DNA from: Callorhinchus milii
Taxonomy: Eukaryota
Length of the DNA: 64,000 bases
Assembly (NCBI RefSeq): GCF_018977255.1
Contig: NW_024704821.1
Location: 124,001 to 188,000 of the forward strand
Direction: 5' to 3'
Shown: in pieces, positions 62,867-64,000 of the stretch
Position numbering within the stretch: position 1 is the stretch's first letter
How the letters are laid out: each line of letters starts with the position of its first letter
Notes under the pieces: model-generated
Database searches by the model: none
What the model was told of the DNA's origin: nothing
What the model saw: only the letters and a program-made list of their open reading frames with translations
Program-made: the position numbers and the translations under genes

Positions 62867-62999
62867 TCTGACGAAGAGTCGGTGACCGGAAGCGTTGACT
62901 CACTTTACTTTCTCAATAGATGCTGTCTAACCTGTTGAGTATCTCCAGCTCTCTCTGTTTTTGTTTCAGATTCCAGCATCTGCAGTATTTTGTGTTTCG
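62867..62999 (+). mobile_element. Penelope-like terminal repeat fragment common in cartilaginous fish
   Basis: TCTGACGAAGAGTC..GAAGCGTTGACTC..GATGCTGTCTAACCTGTTGAGTATCTCCAGC..TTCCAGCATCTGCAG; family assignment is from memory. Confidence 0.5.
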
Positions 63000-63441
63000 A
63001 TAATGTAAAGTAAATTGACAGTCTGATTTGCGGATAAATTACGCAGCCAATTGTGCACAGCAATGCCCCAAATATCTAGTTGTGAAACATGTTTTAATGA
63101 TTGTTATTAAATATATTTTTNGGGTATTGCCAAAATTTCATACTTATAGTTCGATAAACAGGGGCGAGAGTGTAAATAAAGGAAGCTTGGGTCGGGTGTA
63201 GCGCTCTCATTATCGTTAATGAAACCCAGGTCCTCTCGTTTGCAAGGCGAGTGTTATAACCACAATATTACAGGACACCAAAGCCCTGCATACGTGACAC
63301 GAACAGGCCGTCATCAACAAGGAAATTGAGGTAAACTTAGTGCGGTGAGTGCTGAGCAGTTATTGTGATGAACAAGAGGGGAATTGCTGACTGATCACTG
63401 GGGGTTTATGTACGGCCTCTCTATGTGAATGTGTCACTGTG

Positions 63442-63890
63442 TCCCCACTGCACACAAGTAAGTGGCGGCGTCTGTCAACTCTGTGCCTGTGATGCTCAGA
63501 TTACTGCCCTTCTCTTTATAGTTCATTGTTGCTGTGATCCTCTCCTTCTGCTGCTCTCCTGTCTTTCCTGTTACCAAGTGCTTCAGAGCCTGGTTCGGAT
63601 ACTGTCTGTACCACTGTAAAGCTTGAGTTGTTCCTTTTGCGGAACAATTGATAAGCACGTTTTCCTTCTCCCCAACAGTCACAGAGAGTGGCGTCTGGTA
63701 GACTTCCTCTTGACCACTGACTCCTGGTAAACGAACGAAAATCAGTTAATGAAACTTACTCGTTAATTATGGTCGAATTAAATACAATTTCTCGGAAAGC
63801 GCAAGTGGGGTTCATCTGTGAAACATACTCACCCCATAGGAACACGGCAGCTTTCAGGAGGATGAAGAGTAAAGTGTATTCGCGCTTCAT
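63442..63890 (-). CDS. TCR V segment V26 (family D), apparently functional
   Basis: Leader 63890-63833 (MKREYTLLFILLKAAVFLW); V exon 63723-63442 ending YLCAVG. RSS: CACAGTG 63441-63435, 23 bp, ACATAAACC 63411-63403. Confidence 0.92.
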
Positions 63891-64000
63891 AGCCAATCTT
63901 TCAGCGCTTTAATGAAGAAACTATAATTGCCTTTAAAACCGTAGGCAGTTTTCCTTATTCCACGCGTCTGTTTAACGAAGAGTAAACAGGAACCCGACTG

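Noticed and set aside
1-64000. NAR-TCR, IgH-like V (TAILV), D, J or C segments
   Set aside because: No leaderless supporting V-delta, no WVRQ/GLEW-type Ig V, no 12-bp-spacer RSS and no FGxG J motif were seen by eye; a systematic RSS scan was not possible.

Overview
Eukaryotic vertebrate DNA: part of a T-cell receptor alpha/delta-type variable (V) gene array. The host is almost certainly a cartilaginous fish; a chimaera such as Callorhinchus milii is my guess from repeat content, not verified. I find 28 V elements, all on the minus strand, in five families labelled A-E here. 27 keep a heptamer/~23-bp spacer/nonamer recombination signal (RSS) and 26 keep a separate leader exon. About 14 look intact; the rest are ORFs, pseudogenes or possible sequencing-error casualties. 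No D, J or C segments, 12-RSS, or Ig/NAR-type V were seen. The V genes are arranged as a repeated mixed-family cassette (A-B-A-D-C-E). The intergenic DNA is dense with tRNA-derived SINEs and also holds CR1, L2 and Penelope-like fragments. The most interesting signals are three. (1) A nine-fold repeated, uniformly oriented Ets/E-box/CTCF-like module lies 1.0-1.5 kb upstream of V leaders. (2) tRNA-SINE heads (Pol III A/B boxes) sit 4-7 bp behind the RSS nonamer in two V families and ~100-170 bp behind it in the other three. (3) A GC-box/CRE tandem-repeat promoter is unique to family E. Coordinates were counted by hand and may be off by a few bases; repeat boundaries are approximate.
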